The position numbers and the translations under genes were made by a program. A stretch of 62,088 nt of DNA, the filler included, from Pirum gemmata (Eukaryota): assembly GCA_002812295.1 (NCBI GenBank). It is 13 parts of 13 records of this genome, joined end to end, with 100 filler letters (N's around TTAATTAATTAA, not from the genome) between each part and the next. Parts side by side here need not be neighbours in the genome. Positions count along the whole stretch, not along the records: positions 39,145 to 43,693 come from PDIN01001069.1; positions 43,794 to 48,350 come from PDIN01001070.1; positions 48,451 to 52,789 come from PDIN01001071.1; positions 52,890 to 57,425 come from PDIN01001072.1; 9 more parts are not named here. One strand, written 5' to 3'. Numbering within the stretch: the stretch's first letter is position 1; every line of letters starts with the position of its first letter. The notes under the pieces are model-generated. The model ran no database searches, was not told the origin of the DNA, and was given only the letters and a program-made list of their open reading frames with translations. Positions 39,730 to 53,036 of the stretch are shown here, one piece after another.

Positions 39730-40827
39730 CTAAGTAATTCTAGCCGGTTCTGGAAATACAATTTCATTACGTGTCAAATAACTTGATAAAAATATTTGTC
39801 GCCGCGTGAATATCACTATCGCTGCTAATAAACTTTTCTTGGTATTGATTTTGTTTGCATATAAACACTTTGCTTGAATAACTCCGCAATACCCACATGT
39901 TTTGGAAGTGTAGGATTCATCGCTTCGATCACATTACAATCGTTAAACAATTCGCTTTTGGCTATCAAGCGTTGTCTAAATTTGTAATGTGACTAACAAC
40001 ATTTTCCGTACAATTTTTGTATTAATTTTTCTTCCTTTTCGAATGCCCATGGCTTTGTATTAAATTTTGGTATTGAAATTACTTTATATGACAACCACGT
40101 ACTTAATTTTTTGTGAATTTCACTTATTTTGTTTTTAATTTTACTTCTATGATAAGTATTTCAATTACTTTTCTGACATTTCTTCTTTTACGTCGTGCTT
40201 TTTTTCCTTTTAGATTTTCAATTCTTTTCCATTAACTCGACTAATCATTTTATCCAAATATAAACAGAAAGAAAAAATTCGTTCCATGTGACCATCACCC
40301 CGGCCCATTCTGAGCAAAATCCATTGGTACCATATGTTGTCATAAATGTTCTTACTCCAGGATCCATTGACACCACGTCTTTAGGTCTCATATCGTGATT
40401 GTCTGGAGGAACACAAAAAATAATTTTATCATTGCGTCGTTCTTTAATTACACGAATCGACCCAATTGGCGTTAGTTTTTTGACTTCATTGTAAAATAAC
40501 AGAAATTCGCCTCGTCAACTTTCGTATTCTGTACTGTTATATTTTGTGTCACATTCTTATTTACCTTCCTTAAACGAAAAACTATACTGACTATTTTCAG
40601 CATTGAAATCTCGATGACGAACTTCAAATAATTGTTGCAAGTCTTTTTTACTACGAAATTTAAATTGACATTTCTTTCTTAGCACGAGCACGTACCGTGA
40701 GCCACGAATGGGAAGCTAAATTGGACCTCGTGCATGACCACTCCTGGGTAACATTTTTCCAGTATGGAACACAATCCAGACCCCTGTAATTCGATTCCTG
40801 AGTAGTCCGGTTACGTTTTTTAAACAT
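39730..40827 (-). pseudogene. Fanzor2 / IS607-TnpB-like RNA-guided endonuclease pseudogene
   Basis: Manual minus-strand translation across frameshifts: MFKK..VPYWKNVTQEWS..SHSWLT / QFKFRSKKDLQQ / DVVSMDPGVRTFMTTYG (RuvC-I, DPG 40364-40356) / ERIFSFCLYLDKMIS / KIKNKISEIHKKLSTWLSYKVISIPKFNT / RKINTKIVRKML / SHYKFRQRLIAK / DESYTSKTCGYCG (39921-39883) / KVFIC..DSDIHAATNIFIK (RuvC-III, 39820-39791) / YLTR..PARIT* (TAG 39732-39730). Confidence 0.9.
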
Positions 40828-42169
40828 AATTTAATATTTTAGTTTTTAAATTCATTGTTTGTTTGTTTTTGTTTTTTGTTTTTTGTTTTTTGTTTTTTGT
40901 TTTTTTGTTATTGCTTTTGTTTTTTTTTATGCTTGTTGTCTTACTGTGCTTGTGTTTGTGCTTGTGCTTGTGCTTGTGCTTGTGCTTGTGCTGTTTGTGC
41001 TGTTTGTGCTGTTTGTGCTTGTAGCTATGCTTATGCTTATGCTTATACTTATGTTTTATTGACAGTACAGCACTGCCACTGAAGTCACTGAACAAGGCTA
41101 GTTAGGAGCTAGCTAGCTAAGAACGTAGACTAGCTAGTAGTATCATGGTAGTATGATAGCCACTATCATATCTACTGGTATATATAGGACTTCAAAAAAA
41201 AAAAAAAAAAAAAGAGGTCCTAGTAGCTGGGGTCCAGGCAAAAGACTCGAGTCTCTAGCTAGGCTAGCTAGTAGCTAGGTCACATGGAAAAACACGAGTC
41301 ACGCGACACTACTGGCTACTAGCTAGTAGCTAGCTAGCTAGCGTATCGATAGGTCTAGCTAGCTAGTACACTTTCTACTAGCTAGACTTTAACCCTCTAT
41401 CATACTAGCTAGACTTTAAATTTTAACCCTCTATCATACTAGCTAGACTTTAACCCTCTATCATACTAGCTAGCTAGCTAGCTAGTAGCTGTTATGATAC
41501 ACTGTTATCGATAGCCTGAGTGTTAGTTAGGTCTTCGGTGCTTGGATGCTTGGAAAAGGCAAATAATTATAGTCCACTGTGATATCATACTCATATCATA
41601 GTAGCTCTGGCTAGAGCTACTAGCTAGCTAGCCTAATTTGGCTGGGGTTAATAGGTCTACTGGGTTAATCCACTATGATACTACTATCTATCACCCTAAC
41701 CCTGTTGTTACCCTAACCCCTAAGGGCCCTAACCCCTAACCCCTAACCTCACTATAGGCTAGCTAGCTAGCTAGCTACTGTAGCTATCCGATAGCTATCA
41801 ATAGTCTATCAATGTATCACAGTATCAGATCAATGTGTCATATCATAATATTGAGAGTCTGAGACCACATATTATCATAATATTATATCATAGATTCATA
41901 ATATCATATATGTGATATAACTATCATAATATATAGACTACGTATCGATACTATGATATTATTAATAAACTAGGGAACTATCGTATTGAAGTATCGTATA
42001 GTACAGTTTTACTCCAAAAAGAACCAAAGAAGTAAAAGAAGGTATAATTATCAGGTATGAAAAGTATTTTATTAATTTTAAAAAATATATCATCAATACA
42101 AGGTTCGGAAAATAAATATAGAACGTTACAATATGCTGTTCCTTCTTAAGGCGGCTTTCTTTATTCAAT

Positions 42170-43564
42170 ATGATGAAATCTAAAATTTTATTAAGAAACA
42201 AATGTATGAGTACAGATAGTTTGTTTTGTGATCTTGTTACAAGTAGAAGAAAATGTACAGCGATTTTGGGTATTTTTTCTCACTATAATAGTAAGAGGCT
42301 TGGTTGTAAAAGTGCTGGCCTAACCCACCACGCTACAAAGCGCTACATACAGTATTTGTCTCAAAGATGCGAAAATATAAATGTACCGAAAGTCCACCCT
42401 TATTTTGTTAATTTTCCGAGTGTAGGACTGGAGATGGCATTGGAAGATTTCGTTCATCGCTTTAAGTATAATAGAAGATATGAAGATAAACTGGCTAATT
42501 TATTACTTGGCAGCTGCTCAATTCTTTGGGTATATACTTTTAACTTGTCATTTTAACTTATTCTGCATTTAAGTGCTTTTCTATTTTTTTTTTTTATTAT
42601 CAATGGCCATATCTACCTTTATTCCATTATCATATACATATACTAACCATGTCACTTATTAGCCTAAGCATAGTAACAATCGTTTGGACATGATATCAAT
42701 AAACAATCATACAATAATGTGCACAATCCCAACCATGAGTAAAATCTTCATCTTTTATATAAGAACAAGCATATAAACATAAACAAAATCAATACAATCA
42801 GAAAAATAAACACAAGTTTAAGAGTGTTTATGTATATATATATTATATTATCTTATAAGCATAATCGTAAGAATAAAAAAATAAACAAAAAAAAAATATT
42901 AAACAAACAAACAAACAAACAAACAAACACAAAAAGTATTTTTTTTAGCAATTGACTATATAATCGTAAACTTTGGTTATCATTGCTTCTCCAATATATT
43001 TGGTTAATGTTTATTCTTTATTCTCTAGGATGTACCCAATTACCAAAAATCTAAACTGGCTTTAGATTTTTTTTTGAAATTGCATGCTTTAGGCGCCCCT
43101 ATTGAACAAGAACTCGTGATTACCCTCTTTAAAACTTATTTTGAAATAATGGGTCCTACTAAAACGTCTGAGGTATTTAATATATTATAATTTTGTTGCT
43201 ACCTATTGTGATAGTTACAAATAAACAATGTTCTGATTGAAAGTTTGTATTGATCATTGTTTGTTTTCATAAATTTCAAAACTGCCCTTTTGTAAGTTTC
43301 ACTAGTTAAACTAACTTTTACAATTATTTTATTCTTTCAGTTGATTGTGAGCTTATACAAAGAATATGGCTATTTTGATATTCTGGCACTTAAAAGTTTA
43401 ATTGTAACAACCATGAAATTTAGAGAAGAAACTTTTTTGAAAAATCGTGTCGAAAATCCTCTTGTTCATGTTTTTGTCGAACTTAACCCTATCTTACCGA
43501 AAGATAATCAAAACCTGGCGTGCTTTTATTTTCAAAATATAGAAACTGTTAATGAAGTACATGG
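42170..43564 (+). CDS. Partial spliced gene (exons 42170-42529, 43029-43172, 43341-43564), helical-repeat, possibly PPR-like mitochondrial protein
   Basis: Canonical GT-AG junctions keep one frame: ...SCSILW|DVPNYQKSKLALDFFLKLHALGAPIEQELVITLFKTY..TSE|LIVSLYKEYG... Basic presequence-like N-terminus. PPR resemblance is weak. Confidence 0.7.
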
Positions 43565-43892
43565 GTAAGAATTACAATAATTACTTAAATAAGCAATCTT
43601 TCAATTAAAAGTAAATACTGAAAAATGTCATGCGCACAGTAGGTGTGATTATTATATGTAAATATTAATACTTTTATATATTTTATTCGTTTANNNNNNN
43701 NNNNNNNNNNNNNNNNNNNNNNNNNNNNNNNNNNNNNTTAATTAATTAANNNNNNNNNNNNNNNNNNNNNNNNNNNNNNNNNNNNNNNNNNNNTAATAAT
43801 AATAATAATAATAATAAACCAAGACAACTACAATGAAAATAATAAAAGAAAAGAACATTTGTAAAAAAAACCATGGCAATAATAACAAAAAC

Positions 43893-44321
43893 CTTTTCTA
43901 TCTCTTTGGTTTCCTTCACTTCGCTTTCGAGTGACGTATCACTAAAATCACTATCATATTTCTGCAACTCTCTTATCTTATTTTGAATGTTAACATTTCG
44001 TAATTCTTTTTCTTTTTCTCTACTACTCACTTCTTCTTTTTTCTCTAAAGCTTCTGAAACCTGTTTAAGGTTAAACAAATCATGAACTTCATTGTTCTCT
44101 TGTTCAAAACTAAAGCTGGTATCGTAGCTTACGGGGAAGTTATTTTTGCTTTTAAAATCGAAATCATTATTACTATTATCATTTGTAGATATGGTACTAC
44201 TCCCAACGCTGTTCAAATCAAAATCTTCGAATGGATCAAAAGTAACGTCCGTATTCAGGGCCTCTTCTAAGGTGATAGAATCAAGAGCATCGTCTTCGTC
44301 GTCATCAATACCCCCAGGCAT
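43893..44321 (-). CDS. First exon of acidic/coiled-coil protein, unknown function
   Basis: AAAAATG start, 143 codons with protein-like composition, ends at AAG|GTTTTT donor before an (ATT)n intron. Confidence 0.65.
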
Positions 44322-44426
44322 TTTTATTTATTTGTTCATTTATTGATTTTTACATGTGCTTTGGAGATATGTGTCGAGTAATAAGAACGACAGAATAACA
44401 CACTAATGATAATGACAATAATAATG

Positions 44427-44459
<33 letters not shown>

Positions 44460-44472
44460 GTGATAATGATAC

Positions 44473-44530
<58 letters not shown>

Positions 44531-45701
44531 GATAATAATAATGATAATATTGATAAATTAAATAGGTTCGATTAAATATGATAGACTCTTGTAATAATAA
44601 TAATAATAATTGATATACTTATGATAATTATATCTAGGATAATAATTATATGTCTGATTACATGTCTAGTCTATGGTATATATATAGTTCACATAGCTCT
44701 TAAAAATATCTAACTATCGTAACAAAACGAAAAAAATTTAATTTCGAATCTATAGGTATGAGCACAATTTTCGAGTCTTAAAATGCGAAAAAAAATCATT
44801 TCGATTTCGATTTATATAAATAATATTTATAGATCGGGTCTATATTTCCAAAGTATATATTTCGAAAGAAGTTCGAAAGATATGGTTGGTTATTTAAAAA
44901 GAAATCTGTTAGTCCCCAAAAAAGATGGGTGTTTTTAGCTGTACCATTAAGTATAGTTTAATTGGTGCCAATTTAAGTTTTTTGGTGTATTTTTTTTATG
45001 CATATTAAAAAAAAAAAAATCAAATTTTATTAGACTACTAGTAGTTAGCGTTAGTATTAGCGTTAGCGTTAGTGTTAGTATTAGTGTTAGCGTTTATGTT
45101 AGTGTTAGTCTTAGTGTTAGTGCTATTTGTTAACGTTAGTGTTAACGTTAGTGTTAACGTTAGTGTTAGTGTTGGCGTTAGTATGTTAGCTTTAGTGTTA
45201 GTGTTAGTGTTAGTGTTAGCGTTAGTGTTAGCGTTTGTGTTAGCATTAATGTTGGTGTTAATGTTGGTGTTGGTGTTGGTGGGTTAGGGTTAGGGTTAGG
45301 GTTAGGGTTAGGGTTAGTGTTAATGTTAGTGTTAGTTTTAGTGTTATTATTAGCGTTAGTGAAAGTGTAAGTGTTAGTGTTAGTGTTGGCGTTGGCGTTG
45401 GCGTTGGCGTTGGTGTCCTTGGTTATTAGTCTACTTATTTAAAAGCAACCATTTGATAGTAATAATAGTATCAATACCAACGTAAAACAATAATAATATT
45501 AGATGTTTAATTTTAATATTTATTATTATTATAATATTCATATTTGTTTTATTTATATAAACTGCTATTTTACTTACTATCATAATATACTGGTAGATCA
45601 TTTTTTTTTAATCTTTCGAATTTTTAATTCTCGAGCCCTTTCTTTTTTTTTAAAATAATAATAATAATAATAATAATAATATCTATCACTGTTAAAACCA
45701 T

Positions 45702-47258
45702 TTACTTACATTCACCACAGAATTGTCGATTCATTTGTAAAAAAGCGTCTGCACTTTCTCGCAGAGTTCGTATCAACACAAATCTAAAGTAGTTGTCGCC
45801 AACATTTGCTTGATAATATGAATCTTCTACAATTTCTTTAACCATTTGCTCTCCGTCGATTACTTTATCAAAAAGAGCTTCCAACGCAATTTTCACAGCT
45901 ACTTTATATTGGGGTGTCGCGTCCGTGAAAATAACTAATGGGGTATTTTTGTTTACCTTTTTAGATTCTTTTTCCATTTTACATTTAGCAAACGCCAACA
46001 CTTTCTCTATAGACGTATCGCATTGATTGGTGGCATCACCACGTCTTAGATGAAGAGCTACGAAAGGAAATTTGGCTTGGCTTAATTTCCCGTTTTTCAT
46101 GCTTAAATCTATATTACTAACACTCTTATCAGCTTGGATTTCTTCCTTAAATAACTCACTCAAGAACTTTTTTTTTAAATCTTGATAAAAACGAGGGTTA
46201 TAATCATGCCGATACGAATACCCTTTCTTGTGATAATAGTAATTCGCGAAATTAGCACATTGGGTCTTATGCTTTTTCTCGTAAGACATGACATGGCCTT
46301 CAATATATGCACGATAGGTATAATAACGAACTTTAAAACCCACCTCTTGTCCGATACTCCACACGAAATTTTTCCCCAGTCTCATCAACTTCATAGCCTT
46401 GATTAAATCTTCTTTCGTTTTACCTTTATCTTCTGTGACCAAAACATAAGGACGGATTTTTTCAACTTCATCAAAACTATTCAAACCACGCGCAGAAAGT
46501 GTAGTTACAATATTATGTCCATCGTTGTATTTTCCAAAGTCAAAATAGGTATCCCAGTCATTATCTTTTGGAACCGGTTTTCCGTTGTTATGGCTTACCG
46601 CTAAAAATTTTGAAGGCGGTAATATAACTAATTGAGCACATAACGATAACGCTAAAAGTGCTGAATGTGAAATCACACTTAACCTATCGTTATAACCAGC
46701 AGTAACTCTTTCTTTTAGTACTAATATATTTTTAATTTCTTTGCAATCTAACAAATCTTTTTTCTCTTGTCCACAAAATTCTTTCAGCTCATGTTCTACG
46801 TCTACTTTCCCAAGTAATGCAAGAGTTTTCTCCTTGTTACCTTGGGGATTAATAATTTCGGCATTGTTATTATTAACTATGTTAACACTATCCGTATTTT
46901 TGGTGTCAGCGTCAACCTGATTTTGTACCTCCACAAAATCTTTTTTAATGTTAATTTTATTTTTAGAAGATAAAAGCTGAAAAGAAGTTCTTATTTTTTC
47001 CAACAAGTGAGTTTGATCACTATCATTACTATGTGTATGGCTAAGCTCTTTAATACTATTTGTTATATTATTATTATTCTCTGCTGTATTATCCTTTGTA
47101 ACTTTATCATTGTCACTTGTATCAAAATGTACATTAAATGTTGTATTTACTTCACCCGAGTCATAAACTTTGGAAGGTAATACTATGAGTAAAAATAACA
47201 AAATAAAAAATATAGTGTATACTTTTTTATTTATAATTATGTTATAAAAGCTACCCAT
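45702..47258 (-). CDS. Type II membrane glycosyltransferase, GDP-fucose-dependent fucosyltransferase-like (GT11/GT23/GT65/NodZ motif class)
   Basis: 518 aa intact. N-terminal TM (IFFILLFLLIVL), N/D-rich stem, AGYNDRL motif, FVALHLRRGD and VIFTD motifs. Confidence 0.75.
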   Translation of the reverse strand: MGSFYNIIINKKVYTIFFILLFLLIVLPSKVYDSGEVNTTFNVHFDTSDNDKVTKDNTAENNNNITNSIKELSHTHSNDSDQTHLLEKIRTSFQLLSSKNKINIKKDFVEVQNQVDADTKNTDSVNIVNNNNAEIINPQGNKEKTLALLGKVDVEHELKEFCGQEKKDLLDCKEIKNILVLKERVTAGYNDRLSVISHSALLALSLCAQLVILPPSKFLAVSHNNGKPVPKDNDWDTYFDFGKYNDGHNIVTTLSARGLNSFDEVEKIRPYVLVTEDKGKTKEDLIKAMKLMRLGKNFVWSIGQEVGFKVRYYTYRAYIEGHVMSYEKKHKTQCANFANYYYHKKGYSYRHDYNPRFYQDLKKKFLSELFKEEIQADKSVSNIDLSMKNGKLSQAKFPFVALHLRRGDATNQCDTSIEKVLAFAKCKMEKESKKVNKNTPLVIFTDATPQYKVAVKIALEALFDKVIDGEQMVKEIVEDSYYQANVGDNYFRFVLIRTLRESADAFLQMNRQFCGECK

Positions 47259-50200
47259 TATTTATATTTTCAATTTCGATTAAATTCTGTAGAAATTGTT
47301 TTTTTGTTACTATTAGCATGACATTGTTTTTGAATTTAGGATTGTTATAATAGGGCTGTTATAATACTACTTTATAAAAATAAGGAAAAGAGTAACTCCA
47401 GATAGTAATATACTGGAATAATTTATAAATACCAATGTTAATTAATAACACTAATTATAATATTAATTAACACTAATAACCTAATAACAATATCTAACCA
47501 CACCAATATAATATTAATAAAATGTTAGTATTAAATATTCGTTAATTTCAAAAAATTAATGCTGTTGTTGTTTGTTGTTGTTGTTGTTGTTGTCTGTTGT
47601 TGTTTGTTGTTTGTTGTTTGTTGTTTGTTGTTTGTTGTTTGTTGTTTGTTGTTTGTTGTTTGTTGTTTGTTGTTTGTTGTTTGTTGTTTGTTGTTTGTTG
47701 TTTGTTNNNNNNNNNNNNNNNNNNNNNNNNNNNNNNNNNNNNNNNNNNNNNNNNNNNNNNNNNNNNNNNNNNNNNNNNNNNNNNNNNNNNNNNNNNNTTT
47801 GTTGTTTGTTGTTTGTTGTTTGTTGTTTGTTGTTTGTTGTTTGTTGTTTGTTGTTTGTTGTTTGCTGTTTGTTGTTTGTTGTTTGTTGTTGTTTGTTGTT
47901 TGTTATTGTTGTTTGTTGTTTGTTGTTTGTTGTTGTTGTTATAGTTCTTGTCAGTGTTATTATTGTTATTATTGCTGTTATTGTTGTTATTGTTGTTGCT
48001 ATTACTATTACTATCACTATTATTATTGCTATTGTTATTGTTATTGTTATTGTTATTGTTATTGTTATTGTTATTGTTATTGTTATTGTTATTGTTATTG
48101 TTATCTCATAATTACAATAGGGATTTTGTCACTATATCCAATTGTTTATTCGACTTTCTTATGTATAATGTATTTCAAGTTAATATATAATAATACTAGC
48201 CCTACAACCAACCTCACACAAACACCTAAATCGTTTATTATTATTTTTATTTATTTTTTTTATTATTATTATTATTTTTGTTTTATCATAATTATTTCTT
48301 ATAAAATGTAATTTATATATACATGATTTCTTCTCTTTCTAATTATTTTTNNNNNNNNNNNNNNNNNNNNNNNNNNNNNNNNNNNNNNNNNNNNTTAATT
48401 AATTAANNNNNNNNNNNNNNNNNNNNNNNNNNNNNNNNNNNNNNNNNNNNGGATTTCTAATAAGTTATTCTTATCAAGTTGTGATATGTATGATACATAC
48501 CAGTAGAAACTATCTGTGAAGGGTATGATAGTATCGTACCGTGTTAGGCTTGTTATTATAGTATTTAGGGGATCTATTTAGGGTGAGGGTTATCAGGATT
48601 ATGGTTATAGTTTGGGTTAGGGTAAGGGTTAGGGTAAGGGTAAGGGTAAGGGTAAGGGTAAGGGTAAGGGTAAGGGTTAGGGTTAGGGTTAGGGTTAGGG
48701 TTAGGGTTAGGGTCAGAGTCTGTTAGANNNNNNNNNNNNNNNNNNNNNNNNNNNNNNNNNNNGTTGTTCAAAAAAATTTTTTTTTTTTTCTTGAACGCCT
48801 TGAGAAAAAGAAAAAAAAAAAACCGAAATAATCCACCATAAATAATCCGAAGCTTTTCGGATTCGTCCGAAACTATGATATTATCCAAAACGACTTCGAA
48901 TCAGTCGAATCAATCCTTCGGTTTTCATCCTACGAATGACTGTCACAGTTTACATGAAGTTATTAAAAATGCAAACTGTTATCAACTCTGTTCAGTCTGT
49001 CGTGCTTTTCAGTTGTTTTGTCATCACAAAAATACAAAAAAGAGTACCAAATTAATACAATATAAATCCATTTCATTTAATTTGGTATATTTTATTATAG
49101 ATTTATTCATTTGAAAATATCAATTTAAAAGTATTATAACCGACCAAATAAATATTCGGAGTAACAAAATAAATGAAAAGCACAAAGTATAGTATAATAG
49201 TATCGATAAGCACTTTCAGTTGTTTTATGATATCATTATAAAATATTATATGAAATAAAGAACACCAAATATAAATCTATTAATTTTTTTTTTTAATTTC
49301 ATTATCTGTTTGTTCATTTTTAAAAACGTCAACTTTTAAAAAGGTTATCATATAAGTTACCAAATAATATTCTAATTGATAAAATAAATGAAATTACAAT
49401 AGCTAGACTACTAGTAGCTAGACTAGTAGTAGTTATGCATAGTCTAGCTGTATCTATATCATATTATGAACACGTAGTAGCTATCACATAGTATCAATAT
49501 CATATCATTATATCATATAGACTAGCCTGCTATCAATAGTCTATATATCTAACTCTGCTGCTAGTACCAACCGTGCCAACTAGAGTAGTCTTAGTCAGCT
49601 TAGTCTCTATTAGTCTATATTGACTAGAGTCTATTAGTTTAGAGGCTTTTTTTTAGGAAAAAAAAAGAAAAAAAGTAGACTAGTATTATAATATATTACA
49701 TATAATCCAATATAAATTAACATCATTGCTAACATAATTTTCAATTCGTCAAACACTCCGGTTACACTCGTACGATATTAAAGCAGATAAGCCTAAAAAA
49801 AGTGTTTAAACACACCCTTCCAATGAGCTAGATAGAGGGGTTAGCTATGCCAATAGTAACTGACTTGTGCAAATTGTGAGAAATTGTGACCCTTTATTGG
49901 GTACCATTTTTTGGACATTTCTAAATTAGAAATATTCTTCAGCAACAGAGTTGAACAGACCTGAACAGAGTTCAACAGAGTAGCTAGAGTATCGTGTTTT
50001 TCCTCTAGCTAGACTAGCTAGTCTAGGTTTTTTTCAACAATGTTGTTCAGTTCAAAAACTGAAATAAACGAGTAATAAACGTATGATACCGTGTACCAAA
50101 AGAAATCATTTTTTTTAGACTTCTTTTTTCTTTAGAAAAACTTTTTTTTAAAAAAAAATTTAGCTAGCTAAATTATTGTTTTTTAATTAAAAACTGGCCA

Positions 50201-53005
50201 TTGGTTCATAATAGAGCTTTCTTAGTTAGACCATGCCTCAAATTTTGGTAGTACTTCTTTTATATTTTAATTAAAATTGGATCATTTTGAGGTATTTGGA
50301 TTTTTGAGCTCATATAGTCTACTGATAGTCTCTAGTTACTCTAGCTAGTAGTCTAGTCTAGCTAGGGGATGTCACCATTTTTATACGGCTTGGTAATTCT
50401 TTACTCTAGCTAGACTCTAGCTAGAGTCTCTTTATCATAATTATCATATAATTTGACAATTTTGACTGCCCTGACTTTCCTAACCCTAACTAGGGCGAGA
50501 AAGCTAGCTAGCTGGTAGTCTAGCTACTGTAGCTAGCTACCTATCATACAAGCTAGCTACTATCATAGCTAGCTATCTCCTAGCTAGTAGCTATCATATC
50601 TCTGATCAAAAATGAAGCGTACCTACTTGTACCTACTATATATAGATCATAGCTACGGGTATGTAGTGTAGCATAATAATTTTATGTCTTTTTTTTGGTT
50701 ATGATACAGATAATAATAATTTTTTTTTTAAAAAAAAATAAGTTTGGTTGTATTAGTTGTATTGTTGTTAAACTGTAAATAAGTACTAGTCTAGTTACAT
50801 TGGTTTATGAATGTAAGCCAATAATAATACACTACGAATTTATACATAGAATTAAGTATGGCTATCTATAATATAAGTATACATACTTATGTGTAATTAT
50901 CTATAATAATATTATAAATTATCCAAGTATAAAATGTATTTTTTATCAATAGTCTATACATAGTTAAAATATTATGATAAAGTGAGTGAGACAGGAGCTC
51001 GAGGCTTTGAATCTTTTGTCCTTAGCTAGTAGTACTTGGTCTACAATCAACTAGTCATCAGCATTTAATATTTTAAGCACCAATAATCATATTCCACAAA
51101 CACTTATAATGATTATAATTAGCAATATATTACTCAGTACCGGTGTGGCAAACTTTTGAATGCTGGAGGTTTTCGAAAACTACCATAACAACAAAAATGC
51201 AAAAAACAATACGTGTTTTTCAGTACAGTTATATAGTTTTAAATTAAAATTGTAATTTGTTGATTTGTTTCATAATACTTTGGTACAAGTTAATGGTTTG
51301 ATTGTCATTTGGTTTCAGCTTGTTGTACTTCTCATAATAATACCATAATATATATAGTCTATGGTAAGAAATTGTAATATTGTTCTTTTATTGTAGAAAT
51401 ATTGGTTTTTAGCCTTTGTTCCTGTAGTATTAAAGCGTTGTCGTCATTGTTGTGGATATTGTATTATAGACAAATTTGTAGCAAATCTGTTGACCTTTCT
51501 GACTAGTAGTTAGGTGTGGTAGAACACTACTCGATCAAAACTCTAGACTACTACTACTGTATATCGATATCTGTAATTATATAGTAGTATCATAGTATAA
51601 TAATTTGTTTGTAATAATAATAGCTATAATGATAATAATATATATTAATATAGTATCGACAAAAATAAATGATAATAATATTAATTAATAATATTAGTAT
51701 ATCATTGCGATGTTTAATATAGTATGATATAACAATTATAATAAAAAGATATAAAGGTAAGAAATTGAAACATTTTTTTTTAAAAAAAACAAACTTCAGA
51801 TTTCTGTTGTGATTGCTGTTTTAAATGAATATTGAGTTATTATGATTCTGGATTGATTACTATTATTATTCATTATCATTTTTTGTCGATATTCATTATT
51901 CATTTATGATATTCATTATTTATGTAGTATTATGATGTATATAATAAATCTATACATGATAATGTATAGCTGGCTAAAATTAATGTGGCTGTGGTCTACT
52001 AGCTAATATTTTATTTTTAAAAACCTTAATTATTATTATTTTAATAATAATTTAAAAAAAAAACTTAACTAAATTTTTTAAATGACTATTTATTTATAGA
52101 AAATTCCTGTCATACAGAGAAAATCAAACGAAAAAGTGCCGAAAAAGTCTGGCAAGATAAATGCGTTTTTTTTTTCTATCGCACAGATTTTCAAAAAAAT
52201 TTAAGATTCGACAACACTTCATTCATTCAAATAATTAACAAATATATTGATCGAAAAGCTAAAATTCAAATTTTATAATAATCTTTTTTTTTTTTCAAAA
52301 GTTGGGAACTTGGGAATTTTGGGATTCTTCAATGATTCTTCTGATTTTTTATTTTTCTATCATACATAGAGCAAAGTATAAGCAACAGGATCAAGGCCGA
52401 TCGATTACTGGCTCACTTGGGGAAGGCTCGATCAGGTTTCTAGCTTGTTTTAGGTTCGATTTATTTATTTTTTATTTTTTAAAAAAGACTCGAAAAAATA
52501 AGAATAAAAAAATATATAAAAATACTTTTCTGTGCCCAGTGCTGGGCCGGGGGATAATATTTTGTCATACCGGTGGTTCAATTTAAATATCACCCGGTAG
52601 ACTATCCGGAGTTTTTTTACTATTATTTAATACCGGTACAGAAAAAAACTGGCTGAAAAAAGAGCACGGAAGAAAAAAGAGCACAACTGAAAAAGCCACT
52701 GAAAAAAAACTCAAAATCGATAAGACTCGAAAAGTCTTTCCAGGGACTGTGCACACCCAAAAATCCAAAGAGTTCAAAAAAAATTCCCANNNNNNNNNNN
52801 NNNNNNNNNNNNNNNNNNNNNNNNNNNNNNNNNTTAATTAATTAANNNNNNNNNNNNNNNNNNNNNNNNNNNNNNNNNNNNNNNNNNNNTATTATTATTA
52901 TCATTATTATTATTATCATTATTATTGTTATCATTATTATTATTATCATTATTATTATTATCATTATTATTATTATCATTATTATTATTACCATTATTAT
53001 TATTA

Positions 53006-53036
<31 letters not shown>

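Larger units (their letters stand above)
5433..50070. mobile_element. MITE family B (~190 bp; ends TATCGTCTATTTCA...TGAAAAACACGATA)
   Basis: Copies at 5433-5523 (internally deleted), 7671-7865, 21106-21290 and 38005-38172 (reverse). Partial copies at 25331-25382 and 49990-50070. Confidence 0.8.

Noticed and set aside
40828..41100. IS607 TnpA serine recombinase or left end upstream of the Fanzor relic
   Set aside because: Only microsatellite-derived ORFs; no YxRVS motif or recognisable end.
52530..52750. hAT MITE (CAGTGCTGG...CCAGGGACTG)
   Set aside because: TIR imperfect, no 8-bp TSD, single copy in window.
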